Part shown: positions 1 through 9,434 of the stretch, one piece after another
Layout: every line of letters begins with the position of its first letter
How positions within the stretch are numbered: the first letter of the stretch is position 1
Source: Vicinamibacterales bacterium
Lineage (GTDB): Bacteria > Acidobacteriota > Vicinamibacteria > Vicinamibacterales > UBA8438
Assembly: GCA_965216615.1 (NCBI GenBank)
Contig: CBDCGH010000022.1
Coordinates: forward strand, 1-64,000
Reading direction: 5' to 3'
Length of the DNA: 64,000 bases
Notes under the pieces: model-generated
The model's database searches: none
The model's input: the letters and a program-made list of their open reading frames with translations, nothing else
Told to the model about the DNA's origin: nothing
Made by a program: the position numbers and the translations under genes

Positions 1-2
1 GG

Positions 3-152
3 GTGCGAAGCTTCGAGACGATCGAGGCACTCCGCCTCGCCTTGCTCGAGTTCAAGCGGACGTACAACGAGCAGTGGATGCTGGAGAAGTACCGCTATCG
101 AAGCCCAGCCCAGGTGCGACACGACCTCGTACGGCTGGACGCGGTAGCGTAG
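3..152 (+). mobile_element. C-terminal fragment (last 49 aa) of a DDE/rve-type transposase, cut by the window start
   Basis: Frame-3 translation [49 protein letters not shown] ends at TAG 150-152. The pattern FxxxxEaxxxlxxwxxxYNxxrxHxxLxyxSPAQ resembles the C-terminal tail of the integrase core domain of IS3/IS481-type transposases. It is not in the ORF track because it runs off the window start. Confidence 0.45.
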
Positions 153-2167
153 GAGCGAATACCGTCAAACCACTGTCCAAGAACCCCGGGGCGATACAGT
201 GACTCACACCGCCCACTCACCAACGAGTCCACCACTCCGGGGTCAGCCAGCGTCGAGGTGTCGCCCAGGTCGTGCACATCCCCCTCGGCGATCTTGCGCA
301 AGATGCGGCGCATGATCTTGCCGGAACGGGTCTTTGGCAAGCCATCCGTGAATTGGATCTTCTCCGGCGTGGCGTGCGGACCGATGTCACCGCGGACCGC
401 TTTGACGATCTCGCTCTTCATCTCGTCGGTGGGCGTCTGGCCGGTCTTGAGCGTGACATAGGCGTAGATCGCGTTGCCCTTGATCTCGTGCGGGTACCCG
501 ACCACCGCCGCCTCCGCGACCGCCGGATACCGACCGATGGCGCCCTCGATCTCAGCCGTGCCCAGGTTGTGCCCAGACACGATAATGACGTCGTCGACCC
601 GTCCGGTGATCCAGTAGTAGCCGTCCTTGTCGCGCAGACAGCCGTCGCCAGGAAAATACCTACCGGGGAACCGCGCGAAATAGGTATCGAAAAACCGTTG
701 TTTGTCGCCGTAGACGCCCCGCATCTGACCGGGCCACGACTCCAGAATGCAGAGGTTGCCGCGTACGCCGTTGCCCTCGAGGAGGTTCCCCGCGTCATCG
801 ACCAAGGCTGGCTTGATGCCGAAGAGCGGGAACGTCGCCGAGCCCGGCTTAGTGGGCGTCGCGCCCGGCAGTGGCGAAATGAGGATCCCGCCGGTTTCCG
901 TCTGCCACCAGGTGTCGACGATCGGGCATCGCTCGTTGCCGATCACCGTGTGGTACCACGTCCACTCCGGCGACTTGATCGGCTCGCCCACGGTGCCGAG
1001 CAGACGCAAGCTGCTCAGGTCGTATTTCGCCGGATAGCCGTCGCCTTCCTTCATCAGGGCGCGGAGGGCGGTCGGGGCTGTATAGATCGTGTTGACCTTA
1101 TGCTTCTCGCAGATCTCCCAGAACCGGCCCCAGTCGGGGTAGTTCGGCACGCCCTCGTACATCATCGTCACCGCGCCGTTGGCCAGGGGACCGTAGGTGA
1201 TGTAACTGTGGCCAGTAACCCACCCGATGTCGGCGGTGCACCAATAGATGTCGCCCGGCTGGTAGTCGAAGACGTAGTTGAACGTGGTCGCGACGTAGGT
1301 CAGATACCCCCCGGTCGTGTGCAGCACCCCCTTGGGCTTGCCGGTCGATCCGGACGTGTAGAGGATGAACAGCGGGTCTTCGGCATCCATCGGCTCAGGG
1401 GCGCACGTCGGGTCAGCCGCCGCAAGCGCGTCGTGCCACCAGACGTCGCGGCCATCGGCCATGTCGACCGGCGCGTCGGTGCGTTGCACGACGAGGATCT
1501 TCTCGATGCTGAGCGTGTCTTCGACAGCCTTGTCCGCGTTCGCCTTCATCGGGATGTCCTGCTTGAGGCCACGCACGCCCGTGTTCTGCGTGACGATCGC
1601 CTTGCACTGCGAATCGTTGATCCGGGTCACGAGGCTGTCCGCCGTGAACGCCCCGAACACGATGGAATGCACCGCGCCGATCCGCGCGCAGGCCAGCATC
1701 GCGATCACCAGCTCCGGGATCATCTGCATGTAAATGCAGACCCGGTCGCCCTTGACGATGCCCAGGTTCTTAAGCGCGCTCCCAGCCTTTTGCACCTCGG
1801 TCTGAAGCTCGGCGTAGGTGAAGGTCTTGCTTTCGGTCGGGTCGTTGCCTTCCCAAACCAGCGCGGTATCGTTGCTGCGGCCGGCTTCAAGGTGCCGGTC
1901 GACGCAGTTGTAGCAGGCGTTGAGCTTGCCCCCGAGATACCATGCGATCTCGGCCTTGTGGTAGTCACACTGTCGGACGGTGTGCCACTTCTCGATCCAG
2001 GTAATCCGCTGCTCAGCTTGCTCGGCCCAGAAGCCCTCGGGGTCGGCAACCGAGCGCTCGTACATCGTGCGGTACTCGTCGAGTGACTTGACCTGGGCCT
2101 TGGCGGCAAACCCTGCTGGGGGGTTGTAGACGGGTGCTTTATCGAAGGTTTCAGGCTTGTTTGCCAC
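95..2167 (-). CDS. acs: Acetyl-CoA synthetase (AMP-forming)
   Basis: Full-length colinear match to Acs, including [21 protein letters not shown] and [16 protein letters not shown] start at 2167 is preceded by GGAGAAGAG. The long ATG/TTG-extended ORF to 2521 is rejected as N-terminal overextension. The C-terminal tail is about 25 aa longer than E. coli Acs and overlaps the transposase fragment. Confidence 0.93.
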   Translation of the reverse strand: MANKPETFDKAPVYNPPAGFAAKAQVKSLDEYRTMYERSVADPEGFWAEQAEQRITWIEKWHTVRQCDYHKAEIAWYLGGKLNACYNCVDRHLEAGRSNDTALVWEGNDPTESKTFTYAELQTEVQKAGSALKNLGIVKGDRVCIYMQMIPELVIAMLACARIGAVHSIVFGAFTADSLVTRINDSQCKAIVTQNTGVRGLKQDIPMKANADKAVEDTLSIEKILVVQRTDAPVDMADGRDVWWHDALAAADPTCAPEPMDAEDPLFILYTSGSTGKPKGVLHTTGGYLTYVATTFNYVFDYQPGDIYWCTADIGWVTGHSYITYGPLANGAVTMMYEGVPNYPDWGRFWEICEKHKVNTIYTAPTALRALMKEGDGYPAKYDLSSLRLLGTVGEPIKSPEWTWYHTVIGNERCPIVDTWWQTETGGILISPLPGATPTKPGSATFPLFGIKPALVDDAGNLLEGNGVRGNLCILESWPGQMRGVYGDKQRFFDTYFARFPGRYFPGDGCLRDKDGYYWITGRVDDVIIVSGHNLGTAEIEGAIGRYPAVAEAAVVGYPHEIKGNAIYAYVTLKTGQTPTDEMKSEIVKAVRGDIGPHATPEKIQFTDGLPKTRSGKIMRRILRKIAEGDVHDLGDTSTLADPGVVDSLVSGRCESLYRPGVLGQWFDGIRSYATASSRTRSCRTWAGLR

Positions 2168-2363
2168 AGTCTCTTCTCCTATCAGATGCTCCCATCGCCC
2201 AAACACACTCGAGTGTTCTCGGCGGCGGTCCAACAGCATACCCCGGAAGCCGCGGCGGCTGAACACCCGCCTCGACGACACCAGGGAGTCAAGAGCCGAA
2301 TCATGCCGCGGGCCGAGAATCAGCCGGCTGTCATCGAAGAACGCACCGCACGCATTGTGGACA

Positions 2364-2978
2364 CTACTCGGCGGCAGGACTGCGCCTTTGCCGGGATCCC
2401 AAAGGCAAGAATCTACTTGTGCGTGCCATGTATCGACGGTATTCGTCGCCGAAGTGCGACATGAGCACTTTTTCTTCGTGCGGCACACGGACAATGGCGA
2501 TGAAGACGATGAAGCCAGCAAAAGCCGAGCCTATGACCCAATTGTCCGTGAAAAGGAGCCAAGTGATGCTCCAGCAGAAGAAGCCCGAGTACATGGGATG
2601 GCGCGCCATGGCGTAGGGGCCGTTCGTCGCCAGCTTCATGGCGTCGAACGTGACAATAGTCTTCGCTCCGGCGGTCCCGATGGTCTTGAAAACCCAGACG
2701 AGGAACGCACCGGATGCGAACGAGGTGATTAAGCCCACCCACCGGACGAAATAGGGCAAACCCAGATACATCCACGGGAGGTCGGTGGCGGAAAGATAGA
2801 CGACGGTCGCCCAGACCCAGCCGACCATGAAGGGGATGCCGCCGATCATGTAGGCGGGTGACTCCTGCCACTTGCGCCCCCTCTCTTCGCCGAGTTGCAG
2901 ACCGCCTGCGAAGAGAGGACGAATTCCGAGAACGACAAAGAGCTCGATGACGAAAGCCGCTCGCATCAACTGATCCAT
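2364..2978 (-). CDS. Isoprenylcysteine carboxyl methyltransferase (ICMT/PEMT) family membrane methyltransferase
   Basis: 204-aa multi-TM protein with [14 protein letters not shown] and a C-terminal [17 protein letters not shown] motif typical of the ICMT/PEMT family. ATG at 2978. The upstream 135 aa of the 339-aa track ORF is low-complexity and rejected. Confidence 0.78.
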   Translation of the reverse strand: MDQLMRAAFVIELFVVLGIRPLFAGGLQLGEERGRKWQESPAYMIGGIPFMVGWVWATVVYLSATDLPWMYLGLPYFVRWVGLITSFASGAFLVWVFKTIGTAGAKTIVTFDAMKLATNGPYAMARHPMYSGFFCWSITWLLFTDNWVIGSAFAGFIVFIAIVRVPHEEKVLMSHFGDEYRRYMARTSRFLPLGSRQRRSPAAE

Positions 2979-3022
2979 GTCGATCGACACCGCCTCATCA
3001 CCCCGGATTTGGAAGGCAAGAC

Positions 3023-4114
3023 TCAACCGGCAGAGTCTTGGCCGCCAGTGTTGCCGTTGGACGGACGGTCGAAGGCGGTGAGACCGCCCAACGCCCCCAG
3101 GCCCATGGTCTCCACGGCGGAGGAAGGCACGATGATCATCGAGCCTTTTTGACGCAACCCCTCGTAGACCATGTTCATCGCTCGGAGGTGCAGGGCCACT
3201 GGGTTGTCCCGATAATGCTCCGAAGCGCGAGCGAACTTCTCGGCGATCTCGGTTTCGGCGGTGCCCAGAATGATGCGGCTCTGCCGTTCGCGTTCGGCTT
3301 GGGCCTGCCGCGACATGGCGTCCTCCAGTCCCTTGGGGATAATGATGTCGCGGATTTCTACCGACTGCGTAGTGACGCCCCACGCGCTGGTCTTCTCATC
3401 CAGAACCCTCTGAATTTCCTTTCCCAGTTCGTCACGTTCAGAGAGGAGCTCAGCGAGGTTGTGCTTGCCGATGGCGTTCCGAAGTGCGGTCTGGGCTGAC
3501 AGGATGACCGCGTTCGCGAACGCATCGACCTCAAGCACCGCTTTCTGTGCGTCCCAGACCATCCAGAAGGCGATGGCGTCTACGTTCACTGGCACTGTGT
3601 CGGCGGTCAGAGTGGTCTCGGCACTGAAGTCACTGACCCGGATCCGTTGGTCCACGAACTGCGCCACCTTGTCCATGACGGGCGTGACGAGAAAGAGACC
3701 AGACGCCTTGAGCGACCGAAACCTGCCAAAGCGCAGCAGCACCGCCCTTTCCCACTGGTAGGCAATCTGCAGTGAGCAAGACATGAGAAGGCCTACCAAC
3801 ACGGCGGCCAGCAGGATCCCGCTTTGCGGCCGTAGCTGGAGGTAGATGAGCAGGCAGTCGGCGGTTCCGAGGAGCACCACTGCCTCCCAGACCTGAGCCA
3901 AGTGCAAAAGAATCGCAAGTACCAAGGCCGACCCCAGCGCTAGCGCCACCGCGTCCACACTGAACGAGTAAACCGACAGGTGGACCGCCAACCCGAGAAC
4001 CATGATCCCCACCAGAACCAAGGCGTTCAGGGGAGCGAATCGGAAGTCGGCCCGCGCCGTGGTAGCGAATCTCTCCAAGGCTCCGAGTCCGGAGGAAGCG
4101 AGCTTGTCTGTCAT
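3023..4114 (-). CDS. SPFH/band-7 (stomatin/prohibitin-like) membrane protein with an N-terminal multi-TM extension
   Basis: The C-terminal 240 aa are an SPFH domain followed by a coiled-coil (RQAQAERERQSRIILGTAETEIAEKF). The N-terminal ~110 aa are hydrophobic. Its ATG overlaps the GntR stop (ATGA). Confidence 0.85.
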   Translation of the reverse strand: MTDKLASSGLGALERFATTARADFRFAPLNALVLVGIMVLGLAVHLSVYSFSVDAVALALGSALVLAILLHLAQVWEAVVLLGTADCLLIYLQLRPQSGILLAAVLVGLLMSCSLQIAYQWERAVLLRFGRFRSLKASGLFLVTPVMDKVAQFVDQRIRVSDFSAETTLTADTVPVNVDAIAFWMVWDAQKAVLEVDAFANAVILSAQTALRNAIGKHNLAELLSERDELGKEIQRVLDEKTSAWGVTTQSVEIRDIIIPKGLEDAMSRQAQAERERQSRIILGTAETEIAEKFARASEHYRDNPVALHLRAMNMVYEGLRQKGSMIIVPSSAVETMGLGALGGLTAFDRPSNGNTGGQDSAG

Positions 4115-4503
4115 GGGGAAGCCTCCTTGCGCTGGGACAGGCCCTGGAGGATGTCGTCTAGCGAGAATCCGTAAGACGAGCCCCGAGCCATTAGGTCGGT
4201 GATGATCTGGTCCAACATGCGCTGTCGCTCAGCCAGATCGATAGGCGGACGTTTACCGCTGACGAAGGTGCCAGAACCCTGCTGAGTCCTCAGCAGCTGT
4301 TCGGTCTCGAGCTGTCGATAGGCGCGTACTACCGTATTCGGATTGATGGCGAGGTCCACTGCGAGCTGACGCACCGTCGGTAATTGATCTCCAGGGGCGA
4401 GTTGGCCTCGGGCGATCCCGAACTTCACCTGTTCGACCACTTGCCGGTAGTACGGAACGCCGCTCTGCGTGTCGAGATGGAAACTGAAGGTCTGGCCCGC
4501 CAT
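4111..4503 (-). CDS. GntR-family (YtrA-like, short) transcriptional regulator
   Basis: N-terminal winged-HTH with PYYRQVVEQVKFGIARGQLAPGDQLPTVRQLAVDLAINPNTVVRAYRQLE. 130 aa, typical of the YtrA subfamily. It is the first gene of a GntR-SPFH-ICMT operon. Confidence 0.85.
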   Translation of the reverse strand: MAGQTFSFHLDTQSGVPYYRQVVEQVKFGIARGQLAPGDQLPTVRQLAVDLAINPNTVVRAYRQLETEQLLRTQQGSGTFVSGKRPPIDLAERQRMLDQIITDLMARGSSYGFSLDDILQGLSQRKEASP

Positions 4504-4519
4504 GTGTTCTAATAAACTA

Positions 4520-4530
4520 TTATACTATAA
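4520..4530. promoter_or_regulatory. Candidate operator/-10 element: palindrome TTATA-C-TATAA immediately upstream of the GntR start
   Basis: Perfect 5+1+5 inverted repeat at 4520-4530, inside a 330-bp low-GC intergenic island (4504-4833) between divergent genes. It overlaps a TATACT -10-like hexamer. CATCGTG recurs three times nearby (4567, 4606, 4669). Confidence 0.35.
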
Positions 4531-4836
4531 CAAGGGTACATTGGCGGACCTGATGCGCGTTTCTCTCATCGTGATCACCGTGTGTCCCATAAGCATCAAT
4601 GAACGCATCGTGAATTATGATTGAACACGTCCTAGACCACCCGCCCTCTTCCTAGCATGAAATGTATGCATCGTGTACTTGGAATGTACTTTTGATCCCG
4701 ACCGTCACGAAGCAGTCGATTCGGGAACAGAACGTAATCGACCTAGCCACAATTACTTGCAGTCATTGACGTTGACTGGTACAGATCGCGCAGAGTCTAA
4801 CGATGGACCGATTCGAAGAGACAGGAAGCCGTAGTG

Positions 4837-6474
4837 ATGACTTTTTCAGCAAGACCCTGCTTGATTGGACTGCTCCTGGCGCTGTGCGCGACGTACACGG
4901 GTGACGCCCAGGAGGGCGAGCCGCCCGCTCCGCAGTTCACTTTCGAGCAATACGATGTCGTCACCGGCTCCGCGGAACGCCAGACGCTCTTAACGGGCTT
5001 CTTTCTCGGTGGCGCCATGTCGGAGCTGGCCGTGGTGTACATCGATGGGAACGAGGACCGGCGCCTGCGCCTGTTTTCGTTCGACGACGGTACCTGGGTG
5101 CCGAATCTTGATGCCACGCTTGGCCCAGAGGTGTCCTTCGTAGACGTGGCCACCATCGGTGGACGAGACCGGTTGGTCACCTACGAACCCGGTCACCTGA
5201 ACTGGTTCGATCCCGGGTCCGCAACCGAGCGTGTCTTAGTGCCGGTTACCTCCAGCTTCGACCCGCCTCGCAGCGCGGAGATTCCCCACGTCGACGTTAC
5301 TCGGGACATCAACGACGACGATCGCGACGACTTGCTGGTGCCGGACGTCGATGGCTTCTGGGTATTCATCCAGACGATCGATGGTGAGTTCGCCAATCCG
5401 GTGAAGATCGGCCCGCCCACCGACTTGACTCGGATCTACGGAGCTGACGGATATCGATACGAGCCCTGGGCAGAGAGCCGCGTGCATGCGGTCGATTACA
5501 ACCAGGATGGCCGTCGCGACCTCGCGTTCTGGAGCGAGGACCACTTTGAGGTGCATACCCAGAACGAGGATGGGCTGTTTGGCTCCGTGGGCACGACCTT
5601 CACTACGGACGTGGTATTCGATGCTGACCAGCTCTCATCGCTTGCCACCGGACGCATGCAGGGCAGAGTGCTCCAATCGTTGACCGACTTCAACGGCGAC
5701 GGCGTCGCCGACCTCGTGGCTGTCTCGTTGGAAGGCGAGCGCCCGTCGAGTAAGCAATCTACCTACGAGGTGCATTTCGGCACACCCACACCCGATGGCC
5801 GCACGGTATACGCACCAGGCGTGGACGCCGCGATCACGTCGGACGACCGCGTCCAGCTCGGAATGGACCGACACGACTTCGATCGCGACGGCCTCGTCGA
5901 CCTGATGATCACCGCCATCGAAGGCAAGTTCCTCGAAAACAGCCTCTGGAAGAGAATCAAAGGCTTCATGGGTGATGACGTCTGGCTAGAGCTGGAGTTC
6001 TACCGCAACGAAGGCGGCGTGTACCCTGATGCACCCAACGCCGTCCGAAGAATCGCACTGGACGGCGCGCCCAGCCATCGTGAGCCAGGGTGGGTACCGC
6101 TGGACATCGTGCTTCGCGGCGGGAAGCACGAACGCCGCAAGACGCAAGAACATTACCCGCGCGCGTTCAACCGGACGTTGCTCATGGGGGACGTGACCGG
6201 CGACGGCCGCTCAGACCTGCTTATCGAGTCGTCGCCTTGGGACCTGGACGTCTATGCCGGCGTGTCCGGGCCTGACCTGTTCGCCAGGGATCCCCAGAGG
6301 ATAGCGATCACCGTCCCCAACGACGAGGAATACACGTGGCTGGTGGATCTCAACAAGGACGGCAAGCAGGACATTCTCATGCATCACCCGTTCACGCTAC
6401 GTGACGCTCACGGGTCTCCGACACACCAACCGGGAACCGAGCCACATCGAGTGACGATGCTGGTCGCCCGATGA
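4837..6474 (+). CDS. Secreted FG-GAP/VCBS-like repeat protein (integrin-alpha-type beta-propeller)
   Basis: Signal peptide MTFSARPCLIGLLLALCATYTGDAQ. At least five Ca-binding FG-GAP-type motifs (DYNQDGRRDL, DFNGDGVADL, DFDRDGLVDL, DVTGDGRSDL, DLNKDGKQDI). AGGAAG RBS upstream of GTGATG. Confidence 0.75.
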   Translation: MTFSARPCLIGLLLALCATYTGDAQEGEPPAPQFTFEQYDVVTGSAERQTLLTGFFLGGAMSELAVVYIDGNEDRRLRLFSFDDGTWVPNLDATLGPEVSFVDVATIGGRDRLVTYEPGHLNWFDPGSATERVLVPVTSSFDPPRSAEIPHVDVTRDINDDDRDDLLVPDVDGFWVFIQTIDGEFANPVKIGPPTDLTRIYGADGYRYEPWAESRVHAVDYNQDGRRDLAFWSEDHFEVHTQNEDGLFGSVGTTFTTDVVFDADQLSSLATGRMQGRVLQSLTDFNGDGVADLVAVSLEGERPSSKQSTYEVHFGTPTPDGRTVYAPGVDAAITSDDRVQLGMDRHDFDRDGLVDLMITAIEGKFLENSLWKRIKGFMGDDVWLELEFYRNEGGVYPDAPNAVRRIALDGAPSHREPGWVPLDIVLRGGKHERRKTQEHYPRAFNRTLLMGDVTGDGRSDLLIESSPWDLDVYAGVSGPDLFARDPQRIAITVPNDEEYTWLVDLNKDGKQDILMHHPFTLRDAHGSPTHQPGTEPHRVTMLVAR

Positions 6475-7747
6475 GCGAATCCATCCCCGACGTCGACGCT
6501 GATGATTCCCGTACGAGGACCCCGAGTAGGACGGCGCCTCAGCCCAGCATGCCGGGGGAGGCCCAACCGCCCTGCGCACGGCGACGACGAACAGCGCCAA
6601 CACGCACAGATAGCCCACCTGCACGCCGGTGCCGACGGCGAGGCTGGTAGCCAGGATCGGCGCCGCCCAGGCGATGATGAGCACTTCGCGCTCTCCCACC
6701 AGCCAGCCGCGGCGGACGCCGTCCCAGGCGATGATGGCGATGGGAATGGCTAGGATCACGAGGTCGTAGTCGAACACATAGGGCGGCGCGAGCGGGGCGC
6801 CAGCGACCAGCACGGCTGCCTTGAGTACAGTCGGTGCTTCGCGCATCCATACCCATGCGACAGCCGCGGCGGCGACAAGGGCGCTGGCGAACTGCATTGC
6901 GTAGGCGAACTCGACTCCCGCCCCCAACATGCGGAGCCCGCTAAACAGCGAGGTCATCCGATTCCACGGTAGCCTGCCGTCTTCCAGCATGGAGCTCAGC
7001 AGGGGGACTGTCTTCCAGAAGGCTGGCCAGGTTTCGACACCGACAACGGCAATGCTCAGGGCGGCGAAGGCGAGCGTCGTCACCGTGGCGCTGGCAAAGA
7101 TGGTCCATCGCCGCCCGAACAGGAGGGCGACCGGAATCAGGAGCCCGATCTGCGGCTTGAACGTCATAAGGCCGATCAGCACGCCGGCGAGAATCGGCCG
7201 GCGGTCCAGCAGCAACACGGCGCCGCCGAGCAGCGCGGCGAGCACGAACCCGTTCTGGCCCTGCGCCGCGGTCCAGAGCACCGCCGGAAACGCGGCGGCG
7301 AGCAGGCGCGTAATTGGCGAGGGCGCGAAGCGGTGCACGACCAGCAGGTAGAGCCAGAGACTGGCGCCCGTCCCAGGCGAAAAACGCGGCGGAATAGGGC
7401 AACAGAGCCAGCGGCAGCACAACGACGAGGAACTGCGGCGGGTAATTCCAGGTGTAGATGCTCCTGTTACCCGGGATCACTTCCTGCTGGACGGCGAGCA
7501 GCTGCATCTGATCGAACACCGCCACGAAGTCGCCGCCGAGCGCTATCTTCGAGGCGCTGAAGAAGGCGATGAAGTCGTAGCCGAGCGGCTTGTCCGTAGG
7601 GTCGACGAGGCCCTCGCTCGTCGCGATCCAGGCCACGGAGCTGAGGACGTAGACGACGATGATGACGACCGAATAGCCCCGAAGCCGCCCGGCATGGAGC
7701 CAATAGCCGCTTTGGTTCCGCGCCGCACGAAAGAACGACTCGATCAC
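6397..7747 (-). pseudogene. GT87/DUF2029-family membrane glycosyltransferase (GT-C), apparently frameshifted
   Basis: The N-terminal ~125 aa (frame of ORF 6941..7747: GYDFIAFFSASKIALGGDFVAVFDQ...) and the C-terminal ~330 aa (frame of ORF 6397..7422: multi-TM, FKPQIGLLIPVALLFGRR...) are both DUF2029-like but in different frames. The frames cross at a T5/A5 homopolymer (ccaggcgaaaaacgcgg, ~7383-7399). This is either a sequencing indel or a true pseudogene. Confidence 0.6.
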
Positions 7748-7846
7748 GCGTGGGATTCCATATGGTTTTCTTCGGAGCGAGGATGCCCGTCTGCAGTGAG
7801 GACGTCAAGGCCGGCGGTGAGCCGAAGACGCACGTCTGGCCTTTTC

Positions 7847-9340
7847 TTATCGCATCACAAACGGGTTCGGCACGTCGGTGGCGGTGGAGATCCACACGCT
7901 CTTGGTCTGCATGTAGTCACGGATCGCGTCCTGTCCGTTTTCGCGACCGAGGCCGCTGCGCTTGTAGCCGCCGAAGGGCGACATGTAGCTGACCGCGCGG
8001 TAGGTGTTTACCCATACGGTGCCGGCCTGCAGCCGCTCTGAAATGAGCAAGGCGCGGCGGATGTTCTGGGTCCAGACGCCTGCGGCGAGACCGAAGACCA
8101 CGTCGTTGCCGATTTCGATGGCCTCTTCATCATCCTTGAACGGGATCACGGAAAGGACAGGCCCGAACACCTCCTCCTGAGCGATGCGCATCTTGTTGTT
8201 GACCCCGGTGAATATGGTGGGCTCTACGAACCAGCCGTTGCCGCATTCCGGCCGGCTGGCCTTACCCCCGCCGAGCACGGTTTCCACGCCCTCGCCCTTG
8301 GCCACATCAATGTAGCCGAGCACCTTGTCGTACTGGGGAATGTTGGTGACCGGGCCCACCTGGGTCTGTGTTTCCATGGGATTCCCCATCTTCGCCGTCT
8401 TGGCGAAGGCCACCAGCTTGTCGACAAACTCGTCGTGAATCTCTTCCTGAACAAGCAGCCTGGAACCCGCGATGCAGGTCTGGCCGGTGGCAGCAAAGAT
8501 TCCGGACACCGCGCCTTTGACCGCGTCGTCCATCTCACAGTCGTCGAAGACGATGTTGGGGGACTTTCCGCCCAGCTCGAGGCTTACGCTCTTGAGGCCC
8601 TTCGCGGCGGTGGAATAGATGTGTTCGCCGGTTCGATCCGAGCCGGTAAAGGCCACCTTGCGCACCAGCGGGTGCTCCACCAGGGGTCCGCCGCATTCCG
8701 GACCGAATCCGGTGACCACATTGATCACGCCCGGCGGAAACCCCGCCTGCTCGACCAGGCGGGCAAATTCCAACGCCGAGGCACTGGTGTATTCGGAGGG
8801 CTTGAGCACGATCGTGTTGCCCGCGGCCAGCGCCGGCGCCAGCTTCCAGGTCGCCAGCATCAAGGGTGAGTTCCAGGCCGAGATCGCCGCGCAGACGCCC
8901 AGCGGCTCGTGGCGTGTGAAGTTGAACGCGGGCTTGTCTATGGGAATGACGGCGCCTTCAATTTTGTCGGCCAGCCCGCCATAGTAGTAGTACCACTGGG
9001 GCAGGTAGTTGACCTGGCCAGCCATTTCGCTGATGAGCTTGCCGTTGTCTCTAACCTCGGTGCGGGCCAGCGCGTCGGCGTTCTCGGCAACGAGGTCGCC
9101 AAGCCGTCGCATCAGCATGCCCCGCTGGGTAGGATGGAGTTTCGGCCAGTCACCCGCGGTGAAGGCCGCATGCGCGGCCTGCACGGCGCGGTCCACGTCC
9201 TCCGCGTTGGCCTTCGGAATCAGGCACCACGGTTCGGCGGTGTACGGGTCGTAGCTTTCGAAGTATTCGCCGGAGGCCGCTTCGATCCACTCACCGCCTA
9301 TGAACATCTTGTACTTTTGCAAGTTCCCAGCCTCGGGCAT
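7847..9340 (-). CDS. NAD(P)-dependent aldehyde dehydrogenase
   Basis: ALDH family hallmarks ELGGKSP and FxxxGQTCIAGSR (catalytic Cys), plus EEVFGPV. ATG at 9340 with a GAGGAGG RBS 7 nt upstream; the upstream-extended start is rejected. Confidence 0.9.
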   Translation of the reverse strand: MPEAGNLQKYKMFIGGEWIEAASGEYFESYDPYTAEPWCLIPKANAEDVDRAVQAAHAAFTAGDWPKLHPTQRGMLMRRLGDLVAENADALARTEVRDNGKLISEMAGQVNYLPQWYYYYGGLADKIEGAVIPIDKPAFNFTRHEPLGVCAAISAWNSPLMLATWKLAPALAAGNTIVLKPSEYTSASALEFARLVEQAGFPPGVINVVTGFGPECGGPLVEHPLVRKVAFTGSDRTGEHIYSTAAKGLKSVSLELGGKSPNIVFDDCEMDDAVKGAVSGIFAATGQTCIAGSRLLVQEEIHDEFVDKLVAFAKTAKMGNPMETQTQVGPVTNIPQYDKVLGYIDVAKGEGVETVLGGGKASRPECGNGWFVEPTIFTGVNNKMRIAQEEVFGPVLSVIPFKDDEEAIEIGNDVVFGLAAGVWTQNIRRALLISERLQAGTVWVNTYRAVSYMSPFGGYKRSGLGRENGQDAIRDYMQTKSVWISTATDVPNPFVMR

Positions 9341-9434
9341 TACGGGTTGCCTCCTCGTTGAATTGGTTGCGATCGTGATCGTGTTGGCCATCGGCTACAC
9401 GGTCGCCATCTGGCCAGCGTCGTTTCGCTCGACG

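Noticed and set aside
272-2086. 604-aa plus-strand ORF antisense to acs
   Set aside because: It lies entirely antisense to a strongly supported Acs CDS. Its translation is low-complexity and Arg/Ala/Pro-rich, typical of spurious ORFs in high-GC DNA.
2157-2732. ORFs 2157..2732 and 2186..2464 in the acs-ICMT spacer
   Set aside because: Low-complexity translations overlapping the ICMT gene on the opposite strand. There is no RBS support.
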